From IMG/VR virus record IMGVR_UViG_3300027861_000010: a stretch of DNA of 64,000 nucleotides; one strand, given 5' to 3'. Numbering within the stretch: position 1 is the stretch's first letter; every line of letters begins with the position of its first letter. The translations under genes and the position numbers were made by a program. The notes under the pieces were generated by a model, which was not told the origin of the DNA, did not search any database, and saw only the letters and a program-made list of their open reading frames with translations. Below, piece by piece: positions 10,142-19,449 of the stretch. The stretch comes from a virus.

Positions 10142-11025
10142 TGGATCGTGTTCTAATTACCGGAGGCAACGGCTTCCTGGGTAAACACCTGCAGGAGAAG
10201 TTCAACAGCGAAGGCATTGCCTACCAGCTCTATGATGTGGATGTGAACGAGAAGTTCGACATTCGCCATCTGGAGACGCTCGATCAGCAGGTGGAACAGT
10301 TCAAACCAACCTGCATTGTCCACTTGGCCGGGGTGCTGGGCACGCATGAGCTGTGGGATCAGGCCAGCACTGCCATTGATGTCAACATCAAGGGAGCGTT
10401 GAACGTGGGCCGTGTGGCTCTGCGTAGGCGTTGCCGTGTGGTTTCGATCGAACAGCCGCACGTTTGGTACAACGTCTACGAGGCGTCCAAGCTGGCAGCC
10501 AGACGCATGCTCACAGGGCTGTCTTTCGATAAAGGGCTGAGAGTGGCGTTCATTACGGCTCACAACGCGTTCGGAGAGTGGCAAGGGTTCGGTGAGGGAC
10601 ATCCACAGAAGATCCTGCCCACATTCGCCATGAATGCCTGGCAAGCCAAGCCATTGCCCGTTTGGGGTGATGGCAGCCAACTTTGCAACCTGGTCTACGC
10701 CGGGCAAGTGGCTGAGGTGTTGTTCGATGCAAGCACTCAGCCTGAGAAGTACGACGACCCAACACAGGAATACAACGCAGCCACCAACACGCTGTGGGCC
10801 GTCGATACGTTGGCTCAGTATGTGTTGGATTATGTTGCTGCTCAGGGCGGACCCAGCGGCAATGATTTCAAGGACGGACAGGTGAAGTTCAACAAGATGC
10901 GGCGAGGAGAGCAGCCTGCAATGAACTACCCAAGCCCAGACCCTCATTGGCCTGATCTTAAGCTGTCAGACCTGCATCGAACCATCCAGTGGTACAAACA
11001 ACATGCTGATCGTTTATCGAACTGA
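10141..11025 (+). CDS. NAD-dependent sugar epimerase/dehydratase
   Basis: VLITGGNGFLG, VHLAG, YEASK, WGDGSQ. Confidence 0.85.
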   Translation: MDRVLITGGNGFLGKHLQEKFNSEGIAYQLYDVDVNEKFDIRHLETLDQQVEQFKPTCIVHLAGVLGTHELWDQASTAIDVNIKGALNVGRVALRRRCRVVSIEQPHVWYNVYEASKLAARRMLTGLSFDKGLRVAFITAHNAFGEWQGFGEGHPQKILPTFAMNAWQAKPLPVWGDGSQLCNLVYAGQVAEVLFDASTQPEKYDDPTQEYNAATNTLWAVDTLAQYVLDYVAAQGGPSGNDFKDGQVKFNKMRRGEQPAMNYPSPDPHWPDLKLSDLHRTIQWYKQHADRLSN

Positions 11026-11752
11026 CTTCGCTGGGCGTGATGAGCACGTCGTTGACACTTATCAGATTCCAGGAGCTCGATACATTTGCTTCACGGACAG
11101 GACCGAGCTGCCTGCTCCCTGGGAGGTTCATCCGCCCAAGGTAATCTTCGAGTGCCCCAGGCTGACGAACATCTACCACAAACTGCATCCCCATAAGGTG
11201 CTGCCGCCTCATTCGCAATCGGTGTATCTCAACGCCAGTGTGGGGCTGACCAAGGACCCAACACCCTGCTTAAAATCTGGATTTATAGCCGCCCATCGTC
11301 ACCGTTTACGCAATTGTCTGTTCGAGGAAGCGAAGTTCTGCCGGGATGCCGGTATTGTGACGGCGGAGGAGACGAAGAAGCAGTTGGATTCTTATGCTGG
11401 CAAAGTCAAAGAACGACCGACAGGGTTGTGGGAGACAGGGGCGTTGGTTCGTTGTGTTAATCACGGGAGTGACTTGATTGGTGAACTGTGGTGGGAGCAC
11501 ATCAAGCTCTATTCTGAGCGAGATCAGATCAGCCTTGCCTACATCAACACGCAGTTCGAGCAGATCGTTGACATCCCCGGCGACTTCAGCAACTCTGAAT
11601 ACTTTCACTTTACGCCCCACGGTGGGCCGCTGCCTGCTGATCCCGAAGAAGCACGGAGGCGATTCCCTAACTACATGAGAAGGAGAGACGAATGGGCCGC
11701 GAACGCAAAACAGTCGTTGCAGGCACAGGAAGATGCGGCACTACTTGTTTGA
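11003..11752 (+). CDS. DUF616/TOD1-MUCI70-like glycosyltransferase
   Basis: YICFTD, KLHPHKVLP, HRHRLRNCLFEEA, LWW, RDQISLAY pattern typical of DUF616. Confidence 0.7.
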   Translation: MLIVYRTDFAGRDEHVVDTYQIPGARYICFTDRTELPAPWEVHPPKVIFECPRLTNIYHKLHPHKVLPPHSQSVYLNASVGLTKDPTPCLKSGFIAAHRHRLRNCLFEEAKFCRDAGIVTAEETKKQLDSYAGKVKERPTGLWETGALVRCVNHGSDLIGELWWEHIKLYSERDQISLAYINTQFEQIVDIPGDFSNSEYFHFTPHGGPLPADPEEARRRFPNYMRRRDEWAANAKQSLQAQEDAALLV

Positions 11753-12378
11753 TCCAGTTGCTGACCCGAGCAGGACTCGACACTGGCTTGCAGCTGTACG
11801 ACAACGGCCACTGGGCTAGTGACGTGCCCGGCCAGGTGACTGAAGTCAACCAGGAAGATGGACGTATCCTGAAGATCGACCGCAATAAGCCAGCTCCGGC
11901 CAACATCTACATGCAGGAGGTGAACGCAGGCTGCGAGACCTTGATTTGTCCTGAAGACGATCCCGACTTCGTCAGTCAGCAGATTCCCGAGGTGATCAAA
12001 GATCCGCGGTTGGCTTGGTGTGGTCATGAGTTGATTGACAAGGACATCCTCAACATCAGGCACATGATCGTCTGCGTGCGTGATCTTAAGAGCGTGGCGG
12101 AGAGTAAAGCCCAGGGAATGCCTAAAGCGGATACCGGTAAGTGGTATCAGCACTCCTTTGAGAAGATCTACGACATTTCGGCTTGGCAGTTGGGTGTGTG
12201 CGTAGCAGAGATGACTGTTCGACGCGTTCCCATGACCTTTCTGGAGTTCCCGCTGTTCGTCACGGACAGTCAGTATTTCCTAACCAAGATGCTGGAGGTC
12301 TTTCCTACTGTCAGGCCGGTGGATCTGCACAAAGCCTGGAAAGCCACTGCGGATCAAAAGTTGGTGCATTATCAATGA
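11692..12378 (+). CDS. Sulfotransferase-like P-loop protein
   Basis: VVAGTGRCGTT, IKDPRL, IVCVRDLKSVAES; AAGGAG RBS. Confidence 0.7.
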   Translation: MGRERKTVVAGTGRCGTTCLIQLLTRAGLDTGLQLYDNGHWASDVPGQVTEVNQEDGRILKIDRNKPAPANIYMQEVNAGCETLICPEDDPDFVSQQIPEVIKDPRLAWCGHELIDKDILNIRHMIVCVRDLKSVAESKAQGMPKADTGKWYQHSFEKIYDISAWQLGVCVAEMTVRRVPMTFLEFPLFVTDSQYFLTKMLEVFPTVRPVDLHKAWKATADQKLVHYQ

Positions 12379-13010
12379 AATCATTCTCCGTCATCCTGAC
12401 TTACTTCAAGAAGCCTGAGCGATTGAGCCAGGCTTTGTACTGCCTGTCGCAGCAGACGTACGATGACTTCGAGGTCATTCCTGTGTTTGACGGGCCAGAT
12501 ACTCAAGCTGAGTTCGTCTACAGCCAGTTCGTGGCCCGATCAGATGACAACCGCTTTCGTCCTGCGGTGATTGTTACGGGTGGGAAGCGGGAGCATTTCG
12601 GTAATGACGCTCGACACGCTGCCATGCAGTACTGTCACAAGGACTACGTGCTCTGGTATGGCCACGACTGCATCATCGATAAGGACTACCTGGAGACGCA
12701 CGCTGAACAGATCCAGGACGATTGGTGCATCTCAGTGGTGGGGCAGGCTCACTTCACATGGCACGATCATCCGTTGAGGTGGCTGACATACCGAGAAGAC
12801 TTGCCCCGCACAGACAATCCGCAGGATCTGGCAATGGAAGGGCTCGACTTGCTCAACTATGCTATTCCAGTGCATGCTGCGGAGAAGTGGGCCTGGGCAG
12901 AGCGGTTACGTAATCGTTACGAGGCCGACTGGTTCACCTTCCGTGATGTTTCCAACAACACCAAGCTGCCAGTGCGTATCAATCCTCGAGTTGTTTGCGG
13001 GCACTTCTAA
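12375..13010 (+). CDS. Glycosyltransferase family 2
   Basis: FSVILTY, LSQQTYDDFEVIPVFDG, GNDARHAAM; ATGA overlap with upstream stop. Confidence 0.8.
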   Translation: MKSFSVILTYFKKPERLSQALYCLSQQTYDDFEVIPVFDGPDTQAEFVYSQFVARSDDNRFRPAVIVTGGKREHFGNDARHAAMQYCHKDYVLWYGHDCIIDKDYLETHAEQIQDDWCISVVGQAHFTWHDHPLRWLTYREDLPRTDNPQDLAMEGLDLLNYAIPVHAAEKWAWAERLRNRYEADWFTFRDVSNNTKLPVRINPRVVCGHF

Positions 13011-13651
13011 TGGCTAAGAAAAAGAGCGTATTGATTATCGGTGCCCATCCGGATGATGTGGAGTTAGGTTGTGGTGGTTTCATTCACAGTACCCAAGAGA
13101 CACACCAGTGTTTCGCTCTCGTCCTGACCCAAACCAATCGAGCAGGCGTCGACCTGAGGGCCAATTGCCTCGCAGCCTTGAGTGTTTGCGGCATTCCAGA
13201 GCAGGATGCTCATATCGTGGACAAGCCGATTGCCGAGTTTCACGATCGTGAGACACTGTGGAAGCTGATTCACAATTACGCTGCTCAGGTTAAGCCCGAT
13301 CTGGTTTTCACTCACGAGAATGACGGTCATCCGCACCATGAGCTGGTCAACCAGGAAACGTTTAATCAGTCGTTGCCGAAGGTGTGTGACGTTGCCACGT
13401 ACTCCTGCAAGCCTTATCTGACAGGAGAGTCGAGGAATTGGTATCACTACATCGGCCCCGAGGCTTTGGAGCACAAGCTCGATGCTCTCGAATGCTATGA
13501 TAACTACGCTGAGGAGTCGTACTTCAACAGGGACCTGATTCGATCGTGGGCAACTGTTTGCGGCTTCAATCATTTAGGTCATGGGTACGCGGAAGCCTTT
13601 AGGCTGGAACGCCATTACACTGGAAGGATACCTTTCAATGCATCTAGGTAG
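13010..13651 (+). CDS. PIG-L/LmbE-family N-acetyl-sugar deacetylase
   Basis: IIGAHPDDVELGCGG, HPHH, YAEAF. Confidence 0.9.
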   Translation: MAKKKSVLIIGAHPDDVELGCGGFIHSTQETHQCFALVLTQTNRAGVDLRANCLAALSVCGIPEQDAHIVDKPIAEFHDRETLWKLIHNYAAQVKPDLVFTHENDGHPHHELVNQETFNQSLPKVCDVATYSCKPYLTGESRNWYHYIGPEALEHKLDALECYDNYAEESYFNRDLIRSWATVCGFNHLGHGYAEAFRLERHYTGRIPFNASR

Positions 13652-14351
13652 AGTCGACACAGATACGGACGCTCTCAGGGAGCGAATCATCCTCAACAAC
13701 AACAGTCGCTACAACTTGGAGGACTGGATCATTGAGCAAGCCATGCTCAATCACGGTGAGAAGATTCTCGACCTCGGTTGTGGCACAGGCAAGCAGTTGA
13801 AGGTTATCACTGAGATGTTCAGTGTTGACGCTATTGGTGTGGATGTGTCGCCAGGCGGGTTGGACTTCGCCAACGACTCGATCACCACGGTCTGTGCCAG
13901 CTTTGACGAGATCCCAGTGCGAGGCGTATTCACCCGCATCTTGGCGACGTACTCAATTTACTACGCCAAGGATATGATGACCACGATTCAGGCTTACCGT
14001 GAAATGTTGACACCGAATGGGTTCATGTTCTTGTGCGGTGCTGCGGATGGCACCAACACAGAGGTGTATTCGATCGTTAATGAATTGCTCGACGAACATC
14101 CTAAGCTGCGAGAGAAGTACGGAGTGCGTTGGACGGGTGATTGGATCAGCAGCACACAACTGGACGAACTGTTGGCAGACACAACTCGGCTGCTGAACTA
14201 CGTGAAGTTTGAGTCAGCGGATCAGGTCATGAACTGGTGGCGGCATCACAACTCCTACATTCCTGAACTGGATGAGGCCGTGAAGGTGCGGCTGCCGGTA
14301 GAAGGGCTCGAGCTTACGAAGAACGTACTGGGCGTGAGAGTGAAAAAATGA
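13638..14351 (+). CDS. Class I SAM-dependent methyltransferase
   Basis: ILDLGCGTG motif I, GVDVS. Confidence 0.85.
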   Translation: MHLGRVDTDTDALRERIILNNNSRYNLEDWIIEQAMLNHGEKILDLGCGTGKQLKVITEMFSVDAIGVDVSPGGLDFANDSITTVCASFDEIPVRGVFTRILATYSIYYAKDMMTTIQAYREMLTPNGFMFLCGAADGTNTEVYSIVNELLDEHPKLREKYGVRWTGDWISSTQLDELLADTTRLLNYVKFESADQVMNWWRHHNSYIPELDEAVKVRLPVEGLELTKNVLGVRVKK

Positions 14352-15088
14352 CTGTGTCGGTTGTTATTCCCACCACGGGAGACTGGGAGCACATTTGGCG
14401 GCTACAGCTGGTGCTTGAGTCTTTGGTACTGCAGAACGAGCAACCATTGGAAGTGCTCGTAGTGGATGCAGATGGTTCAACTATGGAAGTGCAGGAAGTT
14501 GTTCGCTACTTCGCAGATCAACTGCCCGTCCGTTGTATTCGATTGCTTGAGTCAGAGAGGGCCTTCCGAGCCGGTGAAGCTCGCAATACTGGTGTTGCTA
14601 ATCTTAGGTTCAAGCCCGACCGCGTACTTTTCCTTGACGGCGACTGTGTAGCTCAAGACAACCTGGTCCGCAGCCACAGCGGGTATCATCCGAGCTACAT
14701 CGTTGCAGGGGCTCGGTGTCACGTCGAACCGCGGGATATGCCCGACTTGTCGTTGAAGGAAGTGATGCAGGCGACTACGAGACCAGATAAGCGAATGCGT
14801 CATCCGGAAAATTGGGAAACGTACGAGTGTTGTTACACTTGTCACCTGAGCATTGGTTACGATTTGTTCAACAAGGTCGGAGGGTTCTGGACGCGGGTGC
14901 CGTTTGGTGAAGATCGTGAGCTGGCTATGCGAGCCATGCGAGCCGGAGGGCAGGTAATTTTCTTACCTGAACATGCTGTTTACCATTTGGATCATCCTGT
15001 CTGGCGGCCTACATCCAGGGATGAACTGGAAGCGGACGAACTAATGCTTGCAGATTCCTTGAAGTTACCGGGGTATCTGAGAGGATAG
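14348..15088 (+). CDS. Glycosyltransferase family 2
   Basis: VSVVIPT, VVDADGS, ARNTG, VLFLDGD DxD, GGF...GEDRELAMR. Confidence 0.9.
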   Translation: MTVSVVIPTTGDWEHIWRLQLVLESLVLQNEQPLEVLVVDADGSTMEVQEVVRYFADQLPVRCIRLLESERAFRAGEARNTGVANLRFKPDRVLFLDGDCVAQDNLVRSHSGYHPSYIVAGARCHVEPRDMPDLSLKEVMQATTRPDKRMRHPENWETYECCYTCHLSIGYDLFNKVGGFWTRVPFGEDRELAMRAMRAGGQVIFLPEHAVYHLDHPVWRPTSRDELEADELMLADSLKLPGYLRG

Positions 15089-15094
15089 TCGCTC

Positions 15095-15124
15095 TGGACA
15101 AGGAATCTGGCCGTTCTGTACAAT
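15095..15124 (+). promoter_or_regulatory. sigma70-like promoter
   Basis: TGGACA-N18-TACAAT upstream of 15192. Confidence 0.5.
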
Positions 15125-15191
15125 GTATCTCGAAGTGGCAACAACTTCTGTCGCCACAATCTCCTAGTCAAGGAAGAAGGAGGAAGAGCCA

Positions 15192-15584
15192 ATGAAATCG
15201 CTCATTTCTTGTCTTTTGGTTGTTGGTGTTATCGCATGTTTTGCGATAGTTCCCCAGAAGGCGGAAGCACAGCAATGCTTCCAGCAGCAGCGGGTTGTAC
15301 AACGTGTCGTTGTCCCGCAACACGTTCAGCGGGTCCGACAGGTCCAGGTCCAGCAGTTCGTTCAACCTTACGCTGTGCAGCGGTTCGCCGCAGTGCAGCA
15401 GCCCTTCGTTCAACGACAACGGTTCGTTCAGCGTCAACGTTTTGTCCAGCCCCGGCAGCAGGTGTTCATTCAACGCCAGCGGGTAGTAGGCAGCGGCAGT
15501 TCACTTCGCAACTTGAGTTTGCTTGGAGTGTTCGGTCGTGACGCTCAACGGTTTAGTGCATTCAGCACCGGTCTCGGATTCTGA
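15192..15584 (+). CDS. Secreted low-complexity Gln/Val/Arg/Phe-rich protein
   Basis: Signal peptide MKSLISCLLVVGVIACFAIVPQKAEA; QRFVQ repeats; AGGAGG RBS. Confidence 0.75.
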   Translation: MKSLISCLLVVGVIACFAIVPQKAEAQQCFQQQRVVQRVVVPQHVQRVRQVQVQQFVQPYAVQRFAAVQQPFVQRQRFVQRQRFVQPRQQVFIQRQRVVGSGSSLRNLSLLGVFGRDAQRFSAFSTGLGF

Positions 15585-15626
15585 ATGCTACCGTCCTCGT
15601 TGAAAGGAAGGTGATCGTATCTCGGG

Positions 15627-15665
15627 CAGGCCCGGCGTGACAACCCATTACGTCGGGCCTGTTTC
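15627..15665 (+). terminator. Hairpin, probable intrinsic terminator
   Basis: CAGGCCCGGCGT...ACGTCGGGCCTG followed by TTTC. Confidence 0.55.
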
Positions 15666-15677
15666 GTGGAGAATAAC

Positions 15678-16211
15678 ATGGGTGGTGAAAACAAACTCGT
15701 AACGATGCAGCACCAGATGGCGATTGCCTATCGCTTGACGGAGGCCATGCATCAGCAGAATTACCAGCTCAGGGACGTCGCCGGTCCACTGAAGATGGCT
15801 GAAATTGGCGTTTCTCGGGCTTTGACCAGCCGTTGGCTTCTGGAGTTATTTCCTCGGTTGGATATGGTCCTTGTTGACCATACGAATTACCAGGAGATCC
15901 GTGATGTTGCAGAACACTTCAAGCCTCGCGTACAATTTATCTGCGGTGCTTCGCACACCGCTTCGGTTAAGGTCCCAGACAATTCACTGGATCTCGTGTT
16001 CATTGACGCTCAACACACGTATGAGAACGTCAAGGAAGATATCCACGACTGGGCACCGAAGCTAAAAGACAATGGTATTATGGGTGGACACGACCTTTAC
16101 GACGCAGCCTTCCCCGGCGTGAGAAAAGCCGTCGAAGAAACTGGGTTGGAATACGAGGCCGGTCCTGGTCATACTTGGTGGTTCAAAGAATGCCCGAAGG
16201 GGCACGTTTAA
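15678..16211 (+). CDS. Class I SAM methyltransferase (Methyltransf_24-like)
   Basis: AEIGV, LDLVFIDAQHTYENVKEDI, GGHD. Confidence 0.85.
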   Translation: MGGENKLVTMQHQMAIAYRLTEAMHQQNYQLRDVAGPLKMAEIGVSRALTSRWLLELFPRLDMVLVDHTNYQEIRDVAEHFKPRVQFICGASHTASVKVPDNSLDLVFIDAQHTYENVKEDIHDWAPKLKDNGIMGGHDLYDAAFPGVRKAVEETGLEYEAGPGHTWWFKECPKGHV

Positions 16212-16224
16212 CAGGGACGTAACA

Positions 16225-16926
16225 ATGAAACAAAATCCGGATTTTGAGCGTCGATGTCGGATCAAGATGGCCTCAGCTGTCCTGAACATCAAAGCGATCG
16301 ACACAGAGTTGAAGAAGTACGACCGTTATGCTCTACAGAAGTCGGCAGCGATTGGTGCCCACAGGGATGAGCGAATCAAGTACGCCGCACTCATTCGACA
16401 ACGCGAGCTTGAGAAGCAAGCCTTCCTGGAAGCAGCAGGCAAGGTCTTGGGCGGATTGGCTGGCAAAGGTCTGATGGGCGGTGCTAAGGCTGGTCTTCAA
16501 GGAGCAGGCCGAGCAGCTCAAGGCGTCGGTCAGATGGCCGCAGGTGCAGCTAAGGGTGCTGTCGGGGGTGCAGCGAGGCAATCCCTCGGCAACATGTTAG
16601 GGAGTGCAGCTGGAGGTGCAGCTAGAGGCATAGGACAAGGCCTGACACAGGCGGTAAAAGCTAATCCGTTAAATGCTGCTCTCGGGACAGGAGCAGCAGG
16701 AGCCGCAGCCGGAACGCAACTGCCGGGCATGGCTCAGGGAGCCCAGAACACGGGCAACCAGGTGGTGCAACCTATGCAAAACATCGAACAAAAAATTCAA
16801 CAAGATATTCAGACCGCCCAGCAAGGAGCTGCCCAGCAAGGAGCTGGGAACTTTATGAATACACTCGGCCAGGCCGGTGGTGATGTAATGAGTGGCTTCC
16901 AGCAAGCAGGAAACCGATTTCGATAG
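16225..16926 (+). CDS. Gly/Ala/Gln-rich putative virion protein with KxA-rich leader
   Basis: KMA, KSA, KYA, KQA within the first 66 aa, then amphipathic FLEAAGKVLGGLAGKG; 15-nt tandem repeat at 16816-16845. Confidence 0.7.
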   Translation: MKQNPDFERRCRIKMASAVLNIKAIDTELKKYDRYALQKSAAIGAHRDERIKYAALIRQRELEKQAFLEAAGKVLGGLAGKGLMGGAKAGLQGAGRAAQGVGQMAAGAAKGAVGGAARQSLGNMLGSAAGGAARGIGQGLTQAVKANPLNAALGTGAAGAAAGTQLPGMAQGAQNTGNQVVQPMQNIEQKIQQDIQTAQQGAAQQGAGNFMNTLGQAGGDVMSGFQQAGNRFR

Positions 16927-16975
16927 CACCGACAAAAGGCTCGAGGTGCGAAAATAAACGAGCATCAAATATGCA

Positions 16976-17011
16976 AGGGTGAGCCGATGACGATCGGTTC
17001 ACCCTTTTTTT
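16976..17011 (+). terminator. Rho-independent terminator
   Basis: AGGGTGAGCCGAT-gacg-ATCGGTTCACCCT followed by T-run. Confidence 0.85.
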
Positions 17012-17040
17012 AGTCACACCCTGTCAAGGGCAAGGAAGTC

Positions 17041-17388
17041 ATGACAAGGAAAGCATGGATCACATACGAGGTGTTGGTCTTGATCATCGCCTTGGGAACG
17101 GCAATTGACATCTTCTGGAGCATTGTCACGGTCGAGCATTTAATCAAGCAGGAGCTGAACCCAATCGCTCGGTGGGTCATCCGTTTTGGTGACAACTTGA
17201 GAGTGGCCTCGGCACTTCCGTATCAAGGTGTGGCTCTGTTGTGTTGTGCCAAAGTACTGGGTACATGGGCAGTTCTGCGAATTTGCCAGTATGCAACCAA
17301 ACACCATCCTCGATTCGGATGGCCAATTCTGAGCACCGTGGCAGCATTTCAGTTATTGTTGATTTTGTTCTTGTTCCTTGGAGCTTGA
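17041..17388 (+). CDS. Small membrane protein (DUF5658-like)
   Basis: Three hydrophobic helices, D...ELNP motif. Confidence 0.55.
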   Translation: MTRKAWITYEVLVLIIALGTAIDIFWSIVTVEHLIKQELNPIARWVIRFGDNLRVASALPYQGVALLCCAKVLGTWAVLRICQYATKHHPRFGWPILSTVAAFQLLLILFLFLGA

Positions 17389-17449
17389 TTACTTTTGGGG
17401 GACAAGATATACTGCCGACGTGTCGTACGAACTCTCATGGAAGGAAGCA

Positions 17450-18385
17450 ATGGCAGATGTCAACAAAATACCCAAATGGTGGCCCGAATCAAGCCTCACG
17501 TTCAAAGACGTTGTACTCGTGCCTCACGATTTGCCCGCCCCTGCTGGTAGTGCTGGGCCTGTAGGTCCTCAAGGGCCGATCGGCGTTGTCGGCCCCAAGG
17601 GTCCTCCTGGAGTCATGGGCGAGCCAGGCAAGAGTCCACTTCAAATGGCTCATGAAGAGCTGGCCCTGGCTCAGATGAAAGAGCTGGGCTCTGTATTCAA
17701 GATTCCTGCACACCCAGACCCTGAAGTGCAGAAGAAGATGGTCGCCGAAGCTCTCGAAGCTCAGTATGTAGGCACTCCCAAATCAAAGCCGAATCATTTT
17801 GAAAAGCTATGGAAGGCATCAACAACGAAACGTAGCAGTTCAGCGGAGCCCAACATGTCCAACACAGCTAAACCCACTAACCCAAGCGAACAAATACTCA
17901 ACGCTCTTCCTACCAAATGGCCAGCTGAGGCCCAGAAGATTTTGGACGAGGAAGCGAAGCGTAAGGGTCAGCACGTCACGTTGGCTGAGCTTGATACGGT
18001 TCACTTGCTGGCTCCGCAAGAGTACGACGCTCAATTGGTATTCGAGGTTGTACGGCAGGTCATTCAAGAGAAGATCGAAGACAGCAGTACCCACACGCTG
18101 AAGAAGGTCTCGGACACTATCGCTGAAGTCATCGTGGAAGAACGTAAGGCCTGGAAGCAGGCGTACAACGCTGTGACGTCTGACTATCACAGGTTCAAAG
18201 TGGAAGCAGGGAACTGGTCAAAGAGGTTTGCTGTGGAAATGGCTGAGCTGAGTGCTCAGGTCAATGATTTGAATAATCAGATGGTTGTCGCTAAGGCTGA
18301 GGTCAAACGACTGGAGACGGAGAACAGCAAGCTACGAATCAAAGGCACGCTCGGTAAGAGCCCCAGGAAAGTGAAGGTCAGCTGA
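17450..18385 (+). CDS. Protein with short collagen-like repeat and C-terminal coiled coil
   Basis: 10 Gly-X-Y triplets (GSAGPVGPQGPIGVVGPKGPPGVMGEPGKS); heptad-like C-terminus; AAGGAAG RBS. Confidence 0.7.
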   Translation: MADVNKIPKWWPESSLTFKDVVLVPHDLPAPAGSAGPVGPQGPIGVVGPKGPPGVMGEPGKSPLQMAHEELALAQMKELGSVFKIPAHPDPEVQKKMVAEALEAQYVGTPKSKPNHFEKLWKASTTKRSSSAEPNMSNTAKPTNPSEQILNALPTKWPAEAQKILDEEAKRKGQHVTLAELDTVHLLAPQEYDAQLVFEVVRQVIQEKIEDSSTHTLKKVSDTIAEVIVEERKAWKQAYNAVTSDYHRFKVEAGNWSKRFAVEMAELSAQVNDLNNQMVVAKAEVKRLETENSKLRIKGTLGKSPRKVKVS

Positions 18386-18663
18386 TGACAACAAGTAAAG
18401 TTCACCCAAAACGGCAGATAATTGACGATGAAGCTGATCTACGCGAACTTGAGGTGCTATGTGTCGACGGATTCGACGAGGCCATCTTGGGCTTTGTAGA
18501 CATTGGCGAGAGAACTGTGTTGGCGTACAGCAAGACTAAAATTCTGGAACAGCTGGTAGCTGGTGGGTGCTCATGGGAGGACGCCCAGGAACATTTTAGC
18601 TTCAACATTGAAGGATCGTATGTTGGGGCAACTGGTCCCGTTTTTGTGGAGGACGATATTTGA
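18385..18663 (+). CDS. Conserved-looking phage hypothetical protein
   Basis: DGFDEAILG...YS...EDAQEHFSFNIEGSYVG, a pattern I recognise from phage hypotheticals. Confidence 0.65.
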   Translation: MTTSKVHPKRQIIDDEADLRELEVLCVDGFDEAILGFVDIGERTVLAYSKTKILEQLVAGGCSWEDAQEHFSFNIEGSYVGATGPVFVEDDI

Positions 18664-18951
18664 TGTGCGAAAGATTCCCACGCTCAGAAAGAGATCCGAG
18701 ATTACGCTACAATTATTGGGGAGCAGATCGTCAAACCTCTGTTTCCTTTGGTTTGGGAAGCCTTCTCAGATTACCGTCTGGGCGGCATGTTCCTGACTCG
18801 CTTGGATGTAGAGGCCTTGGCCAACTACATTAGCAACCCAGATTCGTCCCTTAATGGAGCGGTCGAGTTTATTGAGAATAGTCGTGAACGCGACGAAGCT
18901 CGTGGAAAGCTCGAACGCATCGTCAGTCAAACCGCCGACAAGGTCTTTTAG
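18664..18951 (+). pseudogene. thyX: C-terminal remnant of flavin-dependent thymidylate synthase
   Basis: Frame directly after TGA reads CAKDSHAQKEIRDYATIIGEQIVKPLFPLVWEAFSDYR, matching the ThyX C-terminal LRxDSHAQxEI..YA..I....P...EAF pattern; no start codon and no N-terminal RHR motif. Confidence 0.7.
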
Positions 18952-19044
18952 GAGATTCGCTATGAGATTCATGTGAATGTAGAGGTCCACCGGTTCCTCT
19001 GAAACACGATGACATTTTTTCAACATCTACTTTCAGAGGTAATC

Positions 19045-19407
19045 ATGAACACTGAACTGAAACACGAAGCTTCGCTTCGCAAACTGCGTATCAACATCAA
19101 GTCTCTGGCCGCTGAAGCTCGCTTCAATCGGCTGGAAAAGCATCGGGCCTCCACGGGCTCGATTAAGCAGCAATTGGACCTGCATCGGACAGGCCCACTC
19201 CGGCAGGAAGCACGGGTCAGCCAGCTGGCCTACGCTTTCCTGCGAGGCGTTCCCTACCGTGTGGTAGAGAGCAGCGTCCGTGACCCGAACAACACGGAGT
19301 ATGTTTGCAGACTGGTTTCCAAAAAGCTGCAACGACTTACTGGTAGTTCTGACACTGACGTCCTTCGGGAGTGGTTCACGGCCAAAGCGGCGAAAGTTGC
19401 AGCGTAA
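19045..19407 (+). CDS. Conserved phage hypothetical protein
   Basis: GAGGT RBS; IKSLAAEAR...HR...R.EAR..QLAYAFLRGVPY. Confidence 0.7.
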   Translation: MNTELKHEASLRKLRINIKSLAAEARFNRLEKHRASTGSIKQQLDLHRTGPLRQEARVSQLAYAFLRGVPYRVVESSVRDPNNTEYVCRLVSKKLQRLTGSSDTDVLREWFTAKAAKVAA

Positions 19408-19416
19408 GTTCAAACG

Positions 19417-19447
19417 ACTCCCTGCGGCTCAGGTCGTAGGGAGTTTT
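19417..19447 (+). terminator. Hairpin plus T-run
   Basis: ACTCCCTGCG-gctcaggt-CGTAGGGAGT-TTT. Confidence 0.6.
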
Positions 19448-19449
19448 AC

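Noticed and set aside
4313-17028. Similar 16-mers GTCACACCTGCTCAAG (~4313) and GTCACACCCTGTCAAG (~17013) as a phage promoter
   Set aside because: Only two imperfect copies, too weak to call without a genome-wide motif search
18748-18951. Independent 67-aa gene
   Set aside because: It is the tail of the thyX-like remnant frame starting at 18664; TTG start without an RBS
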